A DNA stretch of 64,000 bases from Stegostoma tigrinum (lineage: Eukaryota). Positions 35,820-48,149 of the stretch are shown here, piece after piece. The notes below the pieces were generated by a model. The model worked only from the letters and a program-made list of their open reading frames with translations, was not told the origin of the DNA and did no database searches. Each line of letters opens with the position of its first letter. Position 1 is the first letter of the stretch. The DNA lies in the NCBI RefSeq assembly GCF_030684315.1, contig NC_081400.1:8065464-8129463 (forward strand), in the 5' to 3' direction. The translations under genes were made by a program, and so were the position numbers.

Positions 35820-37485
35820 GAAATTACAGATCTGTCACCTCACATCTGTGGTAGGCAAGTTATTGGAAAAGATTTACATGGAGAAGATCTATGCACAAAT
35901 CTACTTACTGGCGATAGGCAGCATATTTTTGAGTGAGGGAGGTTGCGCCTTGCTAACTTGAGTTTTTTTTTGTGGAGGTGACAAAGATGTTTGTCGAGGG
36001 AAAAGCTGTTGATGTTTTTTACATTGACTTCAGTAAAGTCTTCGACAAGGCCCGTCATGGAAGAATGGTACAAAAGGTGAAGTCACAGGGTATCGGGGTA
36101 GCTGGCAAGATGGATACAGAACTGGATTACTCACAGTGGACAGAGAGTAGTAGTGGAGGGATGCTTTTCTGAACGGTGAGCTGTGAGTAATGGTGTTCCA
36201 CAGGGATCAGTGCAGGGACCTTTGCGTTGTTGGTCTTCATAAACGATTTAGAAGAAAACGTGGCTGGTCTAATTAGTAAGTTTTTGGGTAATACAAAAGA
36301 TGGTGGAGTTGCGGATAGTGATGAGAATTGTGAGAGGATACAACAGAATATAGGTGATTTGGAGGCATGGGCAGAAAATGGCATATAGAGTTTAATTTGG
36401 ACAAACATGAGGTGATGAATTCAAGTGCAGGTGGAAATTACACAGTGAATGGCAGAACCCTTAGTAACATTGATATGTAGAAGAATCTGGGTGTACAGGT
36501 TCACATATCTGCCTTAATTTTGACTTGATAGTGGTTTACAAAATGATCAGAGGTGTAGATAGAGTAGACAGCCAGGATGGAGGTAGCTTTTACAAGGGGG
36601 CATAGTTTAAAATTGAAAGGATGTCGATATCGGGGAGACGTCAGAGGTAGGTTCTTTACTCAGAGTGGTAGGGGTGTGGAATGCATTGCTGGAGAGGGTA
36701 GTGGAGTTGGCCTCATTAGAGACATTTAAGCAGCTATTAGATAGGCATATGGATAATAGTATATGGTTGCGATGGAGGTTAGATAGACCTTAGGATTAGG
36801 GTAAAATTTCGGCATAACATTGTGGGTCAAAGGCCCTGTACTGTGCTGTACTGTTCTATGTTCTATGTTCTTTGATCACAGATGGCAGAACCGATAGATA
36901 AAATCGTAAAAATGCTTATGTCATGATTGCCTTTATTGGATGGGGAATTGAGGCAAAAGATAGACAAGTAGTGCTGCATCTTTATAGAACTTTAGTGCCA
37001 CACTTGGAATATTCATTACAGTTCTGGTCACCACACTAACAGAAGGAAGCTTGGGGAGGGTGGCTGTGGGGAGTTTTACAGAAATGATTTATAGTACATT
37101 GCCTGGAATAGGATATGTTACCTATGAAGTCATATTATATAGGTTGTGTTTGTTTTCAGTGGAATGCGGGAAGTTGAAGGGCGACCTGATAGAAGTTTAT
37201 AAGATTACTAGAGGACACGGCTTCAATGTTCATGGGGTGTGGTGTGGTGTTGAAATTTAAAATTTGTGTGCCAGGTTTTTCATGCAAAGGGCAGTCAGTG
37301 TATGGAATGCGCTACCAGACACAATAGTAGCTTGATAAAAAACAATCATCTCCACGAATACTTGAATTGGTGGAGAAATTAGGATCTTGGAACTGAAGAC
37401 GGTTTGAGTATGGACGGGCAATCTGTGTCAGTGTAGGCTTTGAGAGACGCAGGATCTGTTTTGGCACTGTATTATTCTTTGTTCT
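35820..37485 (+). mobile_element. Decayed CR1 with a younger CR1 3' end nested at ~36525-36870
   Basis: AVDVFYIDFSKVFDK; (TTCTATG)n at 36853-36870. Confidence 0.8.
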
Positions 37486-38605
37486 AGTTTATATTAATAA
37501 GCCTTTTCCAGCATTCGCTACAGGCTTACTGAGCTATGGCCACTTAATGTTCTTTTTCCCCTCATTTCTCATTTCATTTTTATTTCGGCATATGAAGGAG
37601 CTTGCTTTAAGCCTTGAACTACCTCATCCAAGTGAATAGAAATAAAGTTATTTGCCTGTATATATTAACAAATGACTGCAAGAAAAGTCACTGGCATTCA
37701 TGTTGATATTAAGGTCAAATAATGTCAAAGAAAAAAGATCATTATATGGAGGACAGCATTGCAAATAAAGGAAGTCGAGTCTTCCAAATTAACATTGATG
37801 TCATAAGACTTGGAATACCATGGATGCCTCTGCATTTGGTTTAGCAAAAGATTGATAAATCCTGCGGAAAGTAAGATAACAGTTTTTGAGGATGGCCCTG
37901 GAATATAATGATGCGTCACTCAGAAAAATTTGAGAAAACATAAACGTCTTGCTTTTGAAAGGAACAGTGCTGGTGTGGCAGAGACTCTAAGGCTTTAATC
38001 AAACAGATTTAGATAAGAATTTTCCAATACTGAGGCAAAACAAATCTAATAGCTACAATAAAAATAGTACATTCATTTGAAACTCGTGGTGAACTTTTGT
38101 GATCCGTTAAGCTATGCATATTGAAATCATGATCAAAACGACGATCTGGGATGTGCTGTACTTAGAGGGTTTATGTTTGAAGGAATGCTAGTGTAATAAT
38201 TCCTTGACAAAATTCAGGGGAAAAGGATATGAAGATATACATATTGATTACATTTATTAAGTTCGGGAAGGATGTGGGAAAATCTATATTTACTTACTGA
38301 GCTAAATAATCCTTTAATGAGTTACAAGTTCCTTGAAACACAAATAGTATTGAGATGCAGTAAGAGAAAAGTCACAAAATGAAAATTGTATGTCCCAATC
38401 CCATTCAACAAAATTTAAAAGCGCAAAAGATAGAGTCAATGATGTAGAAAATACAACATCTGAACCATGAGCAGCATGAAAGTTATAAACTGTAAGATAA
38501 CTAAACCTGAACACAAGCAAGGAAACTTTTGGAATATCACATTTTATGTTGCTAATAATACACATCGGCATTATTACAAGAAATAAAGTGACATTCAATA
38601 GTTAC

Positions 38606-38908
38606 CTTTCTTTTGTGAGACACTTTCACTGGTGAGAATTTCTTTTGAGTTGTTTCGAGCTGAGCAACTATGTACAATGTCATGCTTCCAAATTTCTTTT
38701 GGGACTCTTATATGGCTCATGATGCTGTATGCCCCAATGGCGTCCATTGTCCATGTATCCGTCCAAACCACTGAACTCCATATGGAATTATTCCATTGGA
38801 TGTTAAGCATTTTGGATTTGACATTTTTAACTAAGCAAATCAATGGGACAAGTTCCATCTGAAAAATGTCATTCCTTGGTGGGGATAACATCAGTATGCT
38901 TGATGGAC
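38606..38908 (-). CDS. Exon: Ig constant domain (C1-like) of the same gene
   Basis: GPSSILMLSPPRNDIFQMELVPLICLVKNVKSKMLNIQWNNS..GAYSIMSHIRVPKEIWKHDIVHSCSARNNSKEILTSESVSQKK shows LxCLV, the C-strand W, YSxxSxxxV...W and the second Cys. Acceptor ttcctcatctcatcag, donor G|gtaact, phase 1/1; 89-nt intron after the VJ exon. Confidence 0.92.
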
Positions 38909-38997
38909 CTGATGAGATGAGGAAGATTGTTAAAATTAATATTCGACTATTATTCGTGAGTCTATGCTAGACTATCAGAATGGGTCTTATTTCTTAC

Positions 38998-39336
38998 CTG
39001 CCATGAGCAATTTCGAGCCATTTCCAAAAGTGAAGGGCGTTCCGTAAGATTTTCTAGCTGCACAGTAATACAGACCCGAGTCATTCCTTTGAGTATTTTC
39101 AATCACAAGAGAATAAATAGTTGATTCGTTATTAATTTCTCCTGAATATCTTTGTTGTTTGGGGACGCCATTTCTCACAGTATAAACGAACTTTAGACGT
39201 TCTCGCAGATGCTGTTTGTACCAGAAAACAGCTCCACTCGCAAGCCAACCTGTGTGGCAATGCAGTTTAATGGTACTTCCAACAGAATCACTTTGGATTG
39301 GTGGGGTCTGCGGGAAGACTGTCTGAGAGACAATAA
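38998..39336 (-). CDS. Exon: Ig V-set domain with germline-joined J motif (VJ exon) of an antigen-receptor-like gene
   Basis: Translation ..IVSQTVFPQTPPIQSDSVGSTIKLHC..VFWYKQ..RYSG..YSLVIENTQRNDSGLYYCAARKSYGTPFTFGNGSKLLMA has the B-strand Cys, WYKQ, DSGLYYC and FGxG motifs. Acceptor ttcttttcttgtcag and donor G|gtaaga; phase 1 at both ends. Confidence 0.95.
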
Positions 39337-41834
39337 CTGACAAGAAAAGAAACACATATCACACGAACTCTGAAAAGACACAGAAAATAAAAACAATAAC
39401 TATAGCGGCGTCCAGCTGCAAACTGAGGGAAGCACTGTTAAAGATTACTGGTCATACTGTGAGATTTTTCAACATGGTGAGAGACAGAAAAGGAGAAATG
39501 AAGAGAAAGGAAGGAAGGAAGGAAGATAAATGAAAATAAATAAAAAAGGAAAAAAATAAGTTAAATGAAGAATGACCATTTACATTTAATCTAAGAAACA
39601 TAGCAGACAAACCCGCTCGAAGGATAAGACCACAAAAGACCCTGACATAAAATTGAGACAGGCAGTTTTCATTATTTCGGGGTGGCAATTATGAGCAAAG
39701 AACTGTCCAGTTGCCAATAACACAACAGTCCATGTTTTCCCATTATTGCTGAGGATCAGTAGAAATTTGTTCCATTTTGATTGTCCTTGATAATTTAGTT
39801 CTTCAATATCATGCTGATATTGTAAAATGTTAAACATTAACATTCCCTTCACCCAATTTGCCAGCAATATACGATGGAAGAACGAAAATCGAACCTGGAA
39901 AAAGATGGGCCACCGCACATAGAGTGAAGATATTCATTTTCAGTTGTTGAGGTTATTGCTATCAGCTTCACAATAGCTATTTGCTTCTGAGAATTTCATT
40001 CAGGAGATACTAACTCTTGAAATTATTTGCCACTTTTAAAAATAGCTGCATGGAAATTGCGATATAGTACAAATGATCACTTTTGGTTTTCTGTTTACAC
40101 CTTATGTCCACACACAAATATACCTGCAAAGGCCAAGAGAGAGAAAAAAATGTCTCGATATGTTTAGAAGGCGGTTTGCGGTCCAACATAAGAATGAAAA
40201 TGTTGCATAATGCTGATTTTAAAATTTTAAGTACTTTATTTCATTTTGTGAGCAAGTGTAGTTTGATTTTGAGGTTTGCTTGCTCTAGAATATACAGCCA
40301 TCAATTGCAGCAGCAAAATTGTACAAAAAATGTTGAAGGTTTCGCAACTGCTTTCCATGCAATACTCTGATCTGCATCTACCATGCCTGTTTTGGCATCG
40401 CCTCCTAGTATATCAAATCATACTTAGTGGGTGGACGTCTGGCTTTTGATGCAGAAGGTCAAAGGTTCATATACCTTTTCAGACAGTCAAATTTCCTGAA
40501 AACATTGTCAGTGGCAGCAGTGCAGGGACAATGTACATTTCAGATTACATGTTTTTTTGGATGGGGCATTTCAAGGAGACATTATCTTATACCTTCAGGT
40601 TGTTACAAAATGTCACAAAACATTACATTCTCCAGGTGCACGTGAATTGTCCCAAGTGTTTGTATATAAGTTCCGAATCTCACATTGTTATCGTTAAACT
40701 CTTGCTTATTCACGAATTGCTGTTTTATCCAAATTACATGCAAGAATGTGCTTGTCAATTTATTGTATTAAGGGGATAATGCGATTTCAATGCCATCATT
40801 GGCTGCATGACGCTTTGTCTTGGCCACGATACACAAATCAAAATTTTAATTAACTATCCCCTATGTTTTCCACTGGCCTGTAGTTAAGCATTGACTCTAA
40901 TACTTCCTCAGATGATCATCATTTCACATGCAACTGTTCTTGCTGCACATCTCTCCTTAGTTACATGCTGGTTCTCACGCATCCTGGATTTTCTTAACTC
41001 TCTGCTAAGCTGTGTGTTTAGAAAATAGTCACATATCCTTTTACTGAGTGTTTTGCAAAAGTTTCCGGCTCTTTCAAGTGGAATTAATAAAACTAGTTGC
41101 TCTGAATAAGAAAAGTTATACTTCAATATATATTTATTTACATTTTGGTACAGATCATTGAAGTAGTTCAATTGTTTATGGTTATTTCAACACATGAGCA
41201 GGACTGTTCAAATCTGAACATAATTACAATGTTCCACGTTTAAAAGGGGAGAATGACATTGTTTCTAACAATGCTTAAATTCACTGATGCCTCACATTCT
41301 AAAAGAAAGCGCAAACATATGTGAGCATGCAAGCTCATATAAGAGGAGCTACTTGACTTTTTTTAAAAATGCTTTTTTATGATGTGGACATCACTCATGA
41401 GTATGTTGCTAGACCAGTGAAGATGCCACCTACAGTTCATGAAGAGGTCAGACTAATATTCTGGGGACAAGATACACGAAGTGCATTGTGTCTGATGTAA
41501 TGCAAAAATATCACGAATCACTGACACAGCATGCTGGAAATCAACAACACCTCCAATTCCCCCACATCTATTCCTGCAGTGATCACAGCAGTAAATGTTT
41601 TAAAATGCGCAAATTCCCAGAATGCCCGTTTTTCAGAACCAAGTTCTTAGAAAGCATACAATGTTTCTCCATTGAAACGAGTCACACTTTATTACAATTG
41701 ATTCAAACCTAGCAAATCATAAACAGTAAAATAAAATGAAGTAAACTACAATTCAAAAGTCAAAACACCTTCTAACAACACACCAACTCGTTTCTCATGC
41801 AGACATAGGCAAACTGAAGAAAAAAGAAACTCAT

Positions 41835-41934
41835 GGCATGGGTAAAGAGAAAACAGAAGGAAAACTACACATGGTGACTGTGTCCGTTGCAAGATTGGCT
41901 CTTGCTCATTGAATAGTTTCTCCTCTAAGTTCAT
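41835..41934 (-). CDS. Candidate leader exon (MNLEE..QSPCVVFLLFSLYPC) with non-canonical donor C|atgagt
   Basis: A hydrophobic signal-like stretch ends exactly in phase 1 before ATGAGT, one base from the consensus donor GTGAGT; 2.5 kb upstream of the VJ exon. The start codon is uncertain. Confidence 0.35.
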
Positions 41935-42039
41935 CTTTCTGTATAGTTTTCCAATTTGGAAAGGCGCAGGGTATTTGTGTCACTTATTGAATGTCTCTGA
42001 CATTTTTAATTCAAAGTCAAAATTGCTTTTAAACAAGAA

Positions 42040-43580
42040 AGAAAAACCAAACCCTGCAGTTGCTGGAATCCAAGGGAGACAACAGTGAACTGGAAGAACA
42101 AAGCAAGCCAGACAGCAGCTGGAGGAAAAGAGAAGTCAATGTTTCGGTTATTATTTTTCTTCAGGACAGATGTGGGGTTAGGGGGACCTGTAGAGAAAGA
42201 CAGAGGAGAGTGAGTTAAGGCAATGATACGGTGGTAATAGTTGGATACCAGCAGTAGGTACGATCTGATTTGTCAACAGCGGGGATGAATCCGTTTGGTA
42301 GATGGAAGGCAGGGCGAGTAAGTGGAAAGAACAGAAGGAGGTGGGGCTGGAATAGGAGCCAGGAGATGTGTGGGAAGGCTTTTTGAAATTAGAGAACTCA
42401 GTTTTAAATCCTTTGGGCTGTGGAGTGCCCAGGTGCTTGATAAGGTGTTGTTCCTCAAATTGATGACCTGAGTCACTGAGACATTAGAGGAGGCTGAGGA
42501 TAGATATGTTGGAGGGGGAGCGGGGGTCTACTGTATGTTTGGTCTCAGTAATGTAGAGCAGACCACATCTGGAACACAGGTGCAGTAGACCAGGTTGGAA
42601 AACATGCAGCTGAAACTCTGTCTCAACTGCAAAGATTGTTTAGGACCCTGGATGGAGGCGAGGAAGGTGTTGTGCGGGCTGCAGTTACAGGGGAATGTAC
42701 CAGGGTGCTTGGAGTGGTTAGTGTGGAACGTGATGCAAGCTAAGGTGTGTCTTTGAGGAAAACAGAGAATGGTAGGGTGTGGAACATGTTTTGTGTGGTG
42801 GGATCTAATTTGAGTGAGGGAAGTGTTTGAGGATGTTAAGTTGGAGGTGGAGGTTGTTGAGGTGGAATGTGAAGACCAGGAGGAACCTATCTATTTTGTG
42901 TTTGGAGGGTGCTTGAGAGTTGAACATCTCTTCATTGGAGCAGATGCAATGGAGACGGTGTCGTTGGGACAACGGGATAGAGATCTTTCAGGATACAGGT
43001 GGTAGGAGGTGTATTCCAGGTAGGTATTGGAGTCTATAGTTTTATAGTAAATGATAGTCCAAGAGCTATCACAGGAAATGGAAGCAGAAAGGTCAAGAAA
43101 GGGGAGGGAGGTCCTGGAGATAGACCAAGTGAATTTGAGGGCAGGTCTGAAGTTGTAAGTGGAGTCAGTAAACTGCTCCAATTCAGTCTGGGTAGGGGAT
43201 GTGACCCAATGTAGTCACTAATGTTATGGTGGAAGAGTTGTAGAACAGTGTCCATACTGAAGAGGGACTGTTTGACATAACCGAGGAAGAGGCAGCTGAG
43301 CACAGATCCTTGCGAGTGTCCCTAGATACCCAATGGATTTGTAGAAAGTGAGAAGAATTGAAGAAAAGTTATTGAGGATGAGGACTAATTCAGTGAAGTG
43401 GAGGTGTGTTTTGGTGGTGGATGGTCTGGGTGAATCTGTTGGAGAACTGAGGGCCTATAAGCTGCCCTTGTGGGTCATGAACGTATATACGGATTACATG
43501 TCCAAAGAAAAACTGAAGCACTGGGGACCAGGGAACTGGAGGTTTCTGAAGAGGTGGAGGGCATGGTTTGTGGCTCGAGA
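42040..43580 (-). mobile_element. Decayed Neptune-type fragment
   Basis: LKFTWSISRTSLPFLDLS..YLEYTSYH and CLFLGYVKQSLF; PLE-type terminus near 42050-42165. Confidence 0.8.
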
Positions 43581-45533
43581 TTGTCTGTATTCCATTTTAA
43601 AGTTGATAAATGTAGAGACAAAGCTTTTGGCTAAATGCTTCTATGTCTTCTGGGCTAGTTTGCTAATCTGTCTCGGGCTGACAGCTCAAGGTATTCAACT
43701 GAATGACAATCAATCACTTTGTTGTTGGCTTGCTGAGGACCTATGTCATTTGTCACTGGTCTTCAGTTCACAAACAATTCAGGTACACTTGTAAACAGCC
43801 CTTTGGGTCCAATTCACCTGTACATGCACTGATCTGACATGGATGCAAACAGAGTTCGAAAATTGTCTCATATTCCTTACCTTTAAGGAGTGCGACCATT
43901 CTTATAAAACCCTGTGTTTCAAAGTGACTTCAGTCTAAAGTCTCAAAATGCAAAAAAAGGTCAAAGACTTTGAAGTTTACAATAATATTTATATGAAATT
44001 TGCTAATGACCTTAAAAACACAACAGACAGTTTGTAGAAGTATATGTGGATAAGACATATGGTTTCTTCAAACAAGTAGAGAAACAAAAGAAAAAAGAAC
44101 AAGCTTGTCCATATTTGCTGCAGCGATAAATTCTGTAGGATTTGAAAAACTCTTCATCTTTAATGCTAAAAGTCCACTTTCCCTCATGTGCAGGATTGAA
44201 GAATCCAGATATTAATGCAATGTTTTACACCTACCTGGTGCTTTCCTGCCAGTTATACATTCAATCTTATTTTTCCCTTTTTGGATTGAATGTAGAAGCT
44301 TGAATTGCCCTGAAGAAAGTTTTTAGGAGCCTTGTACCACTTTCACCTTGTAACTCTCCTATCTGCAAAGCTTTACTATTGATAAGCTTTTCCAGACAAT
44401 TTATTGCAACATTTTATCTATTTGTCAGGTAAACTATGCTAATGAACATGGCTGGTGAGTTACGCTTTAAAGCAGATTAGCATCGGCTGTCAAGATTTGA
44501 GTCCAAACTCACAAAGAGTTTGTAGGTTATTTAGGTTTTCCTACGTGGCATACCTCTCCCGATGTTCACAAGCACAAAGTGAAGTCGTATTTAATTTTGC
44601 TATAATTCATACAATCCAAATAATACTCAACCAGACCAATTACACACATTTTAAAAGAGAGAGCATGTCTGCACAAATTCTATAAGGAATGATCGGTGAA
44701 AACAAACAAAGGAAAGACAGTTTTATCTTTATTTCATGTATTATACATACAATAGATGTGGCGTACTGACAACAGTACCTGGAACACAGATATTTGAGCA
44801 GTTCAGCACAGGAACAGGCGCTTCAGCATAATGTGTCTGTGCTGGCCATGATGGCGTTCTAAACTGATCCCATAACCGGGCATATGATCCATGTCCCTAC
44901 GTTCCCTGCCTGTTCATGTATCTATCCAAATGCCTCTTAAACATTGCCATCGAATCTGCTTCTACTACCACCTTGGCGGTATTCTCCACGTACCTTCTGT
45001 TAAAAAAAAGTCACTGGCCTCACACATCTCTTTTAAGCTTCTCCTGCCTCATCTTAATCCTATTGCCCCGAGAGTTTGGCATTTAAATCCTGGGGCAAAA
45101 CACGCTAACTATCCATCTTAGCCTTTCAGAATTTCATGTAATTTGAGCAAATCGCGCCTTAACCTCCGAAGCTCAATTTCATCCAACATCCTGTGAAAGT
45201 GAACACACTGCAATAAATGCAACATCCTTGTGAACCTCATGAGCACCCTCTCCAAAGAATCCACATCATTCCTATAATGTGACAACTGGGATTGCACACA
45301 ACACTCTAAACATGACATAGTTATAATTAGACAGCTGCAGTATGACTTGCCGACTTTCATAATCTAATCCTGATGAAGGTAATCATCCTACACAACTTCT
45401 TTAAACGCTGGAAGAATAGTGGATGCTGTAAGTCAGGAGCAAAAACAGAAGTTGCTGGGAAATCTCAGCACATCTGGCAGCATCTGTGAAGAAACAGCTC
45501 AGAGTTAAAGTTTCGGATCTGGCACCTCGTAGT

Positions 45534-45623
45534 GACTCGTTGGGCTAGGGGCATGATTGTTCCTTAGGGTGTTGTACCAGGTTGATTTGTGAGATGCCCT
45601 GGGTTCAAATCCAAAACGAGCCT
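45534..45623 (+). pseudogene. tRNA-Pro(AGG)-derived pseudogene with an 18-nt insert after position 37
   Basis: GACTCGTTGGGCTAGGGGCATGATT..CTTAGGG[tgttgtaccaggttgatt]TGTGAGATGCCCTGGGTTCAAATCCAAAACGAGCCT aligns to the vertebrate tRNA-Pro consensus; length is 72+18 nt. The anticodon and T stems are damaged. Confidence 0.8.
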
Positions 45624-45635
45624 CAATCTGTTTGA

Positions 45636-45978
45636 GGCAGCATGGTGGCTCAGTGGTTACCATTGCTGCCTCATAGTGCCAGGGACCTGGGTTCAATTCC
45701 AGCCTTGGGTGACTGCCTGTGTGGCGTTTGCACATTCTCCCTGTGTCTGTGTGGGTTTCCTCAGGGTGCTCCGGTTTCCTCCCACAGTCCAAAGATGTGC
45801 AGGGTAGGTGGATTGACTACTAAATTGCCCATAGTGCTCAAGGATGTTTGGGTTAGGTGGGTTAGACAGGGGAAATGCAGGAGTGGGGCAGTAGGTCTGG
45901 GTGGGGTGCTCTTTGGAGGGGCAATATGGACTTGTTGGGTCGAACGGCCTGTTTCCATGCTGTATGAATTCTATGACT
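45636..45978 (+). mobile_element. HE1-type V-SINE
   Basis: ggcagcatggtggctcagtggtta..gggttcaattcc A/B boxes, V core, ttctatga tail. Confidence 0.9.
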
Positions 45979-48149
45979 CTTCCTTGGAAGTGAGGAAGGG
46001 TCATTGTACCGGAAATGTTCACTCTGATTTTTACAGGTGCTGCCAGACCTTCTGATCTTTCACAGCAACTTCTGTTTTACTTCACATATCTTCTTTACCC
46101 ATTATCCCCACCTGTGTCGTCACCTTCAGGGAGGTATGAACTTACATACAAAGATCCATATGTGCATCAATGCCAAAGGGTTGTGGTAATCATTGTGTAC
46201 TTTCCTCTTGTACATTACATTGCAAACTAAATAAATTCATATTTATCCGGGTTAAAGTCCATCTGCCACTTCTCTAACTCTCCACCTGAAATATATCCTG
46301 TTAGTATCCTTTGACAATCTTCCTCACTGTTCATAATTCCATCAAATTTTGTGATGTCTTCAAGCTTATGAATCAGACAACATGCCTTTTCATCCAAACC
46401 ATTAATAAATATTATAAAGAACAGAGGTCCCAGCACAGTTCCTTGTGGAACATTAATAATTAGATATGAATGTAAAAGGAAGAATTGGTAAATTTGCAGA
46501 TGACACGGAAGTTGATAGTGTTTTTCATATTGAGGAGGATGGTCTCAGGCTATGGTCTGTTATTGGTAGGCCAATAAATTGGGAAGAGTAACAACAGGTG
46601 AATTTAATCCTTGCAAGTGTGAAGTGATGCATTTAGGTAGTACAAAGAAGAGAACAAGATGCACAATGAATGGTAGTTCCCAGAGGAATGTTGAGTGGCA
46701 AAGTACATGTACAAGTTGCTGCATGCCTGAAGATGTCAGCACAGGTTGACAGCTTGGAGAAGAATGCGTACAGGATTCTTGTCTTCACCAGTCAAGGCAC
46801 AATATGTAGGAGCAAGAAAGCCTTGTTACGAATTTATAGAACTTCAGTGAGGCAACAGATGGAATACTGTGTGCCGTTCTGGTCATCATATTATCAGAAT
46901 GATGGGATTAAACTGGGGTGTTTGTAAAGAAATTTTGCAAGATCTTGGCAGGAATGAAACTTCTCAGCTGTGAGGAGAGACTGGATTCCATTTGTACAGA
47001 GCAATGGAGGTTGAGGGTTCTCTCATTGAGGAGTATGAAGATTTCAGAGGTATTGGCAAAGGACTTCATGAGAATGTTTTCACAGAATCAGAGAAGGGGC
47101 TCATGGAGGTGTCAAGTACTTGATGGGTGCAAGGGCATCTAACAGAAGTTAGGAAATAAAATTAACTGAGAAAGATGCTTGGTGGAGTTGGCTCATTCAC
47201 CACAACTGAAGAATACATCTTGGAGTGGAGTTCTAGCAGAGGGTGGCATTGTGAAGTGCCTCTGGATGTTTCTCTGAGAAAATGGCTCAGTCAGCACTAC
47301 TTAAGAGGGATAGCCGAGAATGCGGTGCTCAAAAGAAAGACAGTTAACAGAGTCAATAGTGTGAGGTGACTGAGAACTACGCTCAGTGAAGACAGCTCAG
47401 TTACTACAACTGAATGGGAAATCATGGATTATCCTGTGGCACAGCAAGAGGGAGAGCATTCAATCAAAGGGAGTTATAGGAAATGACTGATGAGGATTCT
47501 GGAAGAAGGCAGCTTGCTCACTACATCTGAGGAGGAAATCACAGAAGGCCCGGTGATCAAGAAGTGGAAGAGTGCCCAACAGAGGGTGTTAGAGAAATGT
47601 GACTGAAGAGAACTCCGGGAAAAATTGCATAAAACTCTCTGAACACAGCTTAGGATGGTTTCGTGGAGCAGCAAGTGCTCTGCTGGAGAAAGCAGATCAT
47701 GATGTGAAGGAAGCGACGCCGACTCTGGGTGAGCTCAGTTCTCTGAACATAGCTGAGATAGAGATCATTGGGGGCCAAATGCTCAGCGGCAGAAAGGCTA
47801 CCTAACAGAGAGTAGTAGAGAGAAGTGATTCATGAGGATTCCAAGAATAGTTGATTCGCTCCCTGCGCCTGAATTCAGAATCACATTGGAACAAATTCTC
47901 AACTGGAAGAAGAACATCCAACTTCGGGTGGAAGTGAAATACGACTTCGGAGGATTTTGGAAGAAGTCAGCTCGATTACCAAAACTGATAAGGCTGCTCA
48001 ACAGGAGAATCCAACAGACTGTGCTCGTTTTCAGTACTTCAGGAGAATTCTGTCAAGTGTACAACACTGACACCCACATCCCTCCCATTGAAAGCAACCT
48101 TGAATGGCTGTGTGTAACTTGGTGTGGCTAACACTGGGACAATTCTTAG

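Larger units (their letters stand above)
44780..47170. mobile_element. CR1 fragments in both orientations, surrounding SINE/tRNA/PLE-terminus insertions
   Basis: LECCVQ..RFTRML (minus), LGPLFFIIFINGLD (minus), MEYCVPFWS (plus). Confidence 0.7.

Noticed and set aside
39061-39067. CACAGTA as a recombination signal heptamer
   Set aside because: It is just the antisense of the YYC codons, common in V genes; no nonamer was seen at the expected spacing.
38606-39336. Calling the gene a TCR or Ig light chain
   Set aside because: There are no RSS or J clusters, the TM lacks charged residues and the tail is long; light chains have no TM.
43881-43899. Short first exon MVALLK with a good gtaagg donor
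   Set aside because: Phase 1, but too short to give a signal peptide with the VJ exon, and no convincing second leader exon was found.
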